This document shows positions 34,896 through 35,366 of a DNA stretch of 35,366 nt, one piece after another. A program made the translations under genes and the position numbers. This stretch comes from a virus: positions 1 to 35,366 of IMG/VR virus record IMGVR_UViG_3300045988_101049; one strand, 5' to 3'. Under the pieces are notes generated by a model. The model was not told the DNA's origin, ran no database searches, and worked only from the letters and a program-made list of their open reading frames with translations. Each line of letters opens with the position of its first letter. Positions within the stretch are counted from its first letter, which is position 1.

Positions 34896-35130
34896 GTTTC
34901 TTCCTTTCCGCATTAAAAAAAGACCGCCAATATTCAGCCGTCTCTGTATCAATACTTCCTGTAATCTGATTGCTTTGTCGGTAAGCGGTTAACTTTTTAT
35001 ACGTCGGCGCCTTCCTGCCGTAAGCTCCCCGATATGTCGGTAAAGCGCAGTTGATGATAAACAAGTCCTCAAGTTGTTCCCGCCGCCGTAAATAGCCGTC
35101 AAACATGGCGTCAATTTCAGCAACGGTCAT
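34846..35130 (-). CDS. -1-frame extension ORF (GT-like T segment) or an independent 94-aa gene
   Basis: This frame is open from just upstream of the A9 run. There is an internal ATG at 35130 preceded by GGAGAA. The ORF overlaps the capsid start by about 50 nt. Confidence 0.4.
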   Translation of the reverse strand: MTVAEIDAMFDGYLRRREQLEDLFIINCALPTYRGAYGRKAPTYKKLTAYRQSNQITGSIDTETAEYWRSFFNAERKKHVTKSGNQKRGQRAAR

Positions 35131-35216
35131 TTCTCCGAATTGTTTAGGCGTTAAGTTTAATTCACCGAGTGCGATTTTCTCGAGCTGTTCGAGTAGCTGA
35201 TAAGCCGTAGCATGGG

Positions 35217-35366
35217 CTATTTCTTTTTGGCCGCCAGCGCCGCGTTTATTTTTTTTTGACCGCCGATGATACCCGATTTAACGACAGCATTAAGGATATT
35301 GGTCACAAGACCTTCAAATCCCGCTTCGTCTATCGCCCCAAAAAAGAGTGCTTGAATCTCGTCATC
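35217..35366 (-). CDS. 3' end of the same junction-spanning gene; 35248..35366 duplicates 1..119
   Basis: The zero frame continues ...GGT CAA AAA AAA ATA AAC GCG GCG CTG GCG GCC AAA AAG AAA TAG, with the stop at 35217..35219. Confidence 0.5.
   Translation of the reverse strand, partial: DDEIQALFFGAIDEAGFEGLVTNILNAVVKSGIIGGQKKINAALAAKKK
35248..35366. repeat. terminal direct repeat; exact copy of 1..119
   Basis: Same as above. Confidence 0.9.
35249..35257 (-). promoter_or_regulatory. A9 slippery run (T9 on + strand); putative -1 programmed ribosomal frameshift site
   Basis: The A9 run lies 10 codons before the zero-frame stop. The -1 frame has a TAA only 8 codons upstream of the run and then stays open for 137 codons to 34846. 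This is the classic G/GT arrangement. The run also sits exactly at the contig junction, so a homopolymer length error is an alternative explanation. Confidence 0.4.

Noticed and set aside
34896-34952. Longer capsid-gene start at 34952 (MIQRRLNIGG...)
   Set aside because: The ATG at 34895 has a strong GGAAAGGAAGA ribosome binding site and begins the helical delta-like region. The longer form would deepen the overlap with the upstream ORF.
1-35366. CRISPR arrays, tRNA and rRNA genes
   Set aside because: I scanned the intergenic regions (5218..5442, 7503..7739, 15261..15404, 16503..16668, 17815..18229, 19362..19696). There are no regularly spaced repeats and no cloverleaf-like segments. The only tandem repeats lie inside CDSs.

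Overview
The last 119 nt of the window (35248..35366) repeat the first 119 nt (1..119) exactly. This is almost certainly one circularly closed element of about 35,247 bp; the end-overlap could be k-mer sized (inference). The window edges are therefore artificial and one gene runs across the junction. The content is a complete temperate siphovirus (HK97-fold capsid, TP901-1-type major tail protein, lambda/GTA-like tail tip). The host is probably Firmicutes-like: AGGAGG-type ribosome binding sites, an Amidase_3 endolysin and a holin.

Layout:
- Lysogeny switch on the + strand: divergent near-consensus promoters, Cro-like HTH (-), S24/LexA-type CI repressor, a 4-TM membrane protein, a tyrosine integrase, and an attP-like region with 22-bp direct repeats.
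- A candidate acr-aca-like anti-defense operon at 18230..18888.
- Everything else is on the - strand: a chain of translationally coupled small early ORFs, a Gp157-Sak4-DUF669 recombination module, a DEAD/DEAH helicase, a primase/helicase, a protein with five 26-aa repeats, a Hjc-like resolvase, a DUF3310 protein and an ArpU/RinA-like late activator.
- Then a terminator, and the packaging/head genes: TerS (P27 family), an HNH endonuclease, TerL, a gp6-like connector, a ClpP-type prohead protease with a poly-Glu tail, and the portal.
- Next comes an acidic tail-assembly-chaperone-like gene carrying an A9 slippery run and an overlapping -1-frame extension. It spans the junction, between the portal and major capsid genes, which is not the usual slot.
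- Then the major capsid protein, head closure protein, major tail protein, tape measure, DUF2460/DUF2163-like tail tip proteins, an NlpC/P60 peptidase and a 1099-aa host-specificity protein.
- Then a membrane-anchored repeat protein, a tail fibre with a BspA-type leucine-rich-repeat C-terminus, the holin, the amidase, a hicAB toxin-antitoxin pair and a coiled-coil membrane protein.

I found no rRNA, tRNA or CRISPR arrays.
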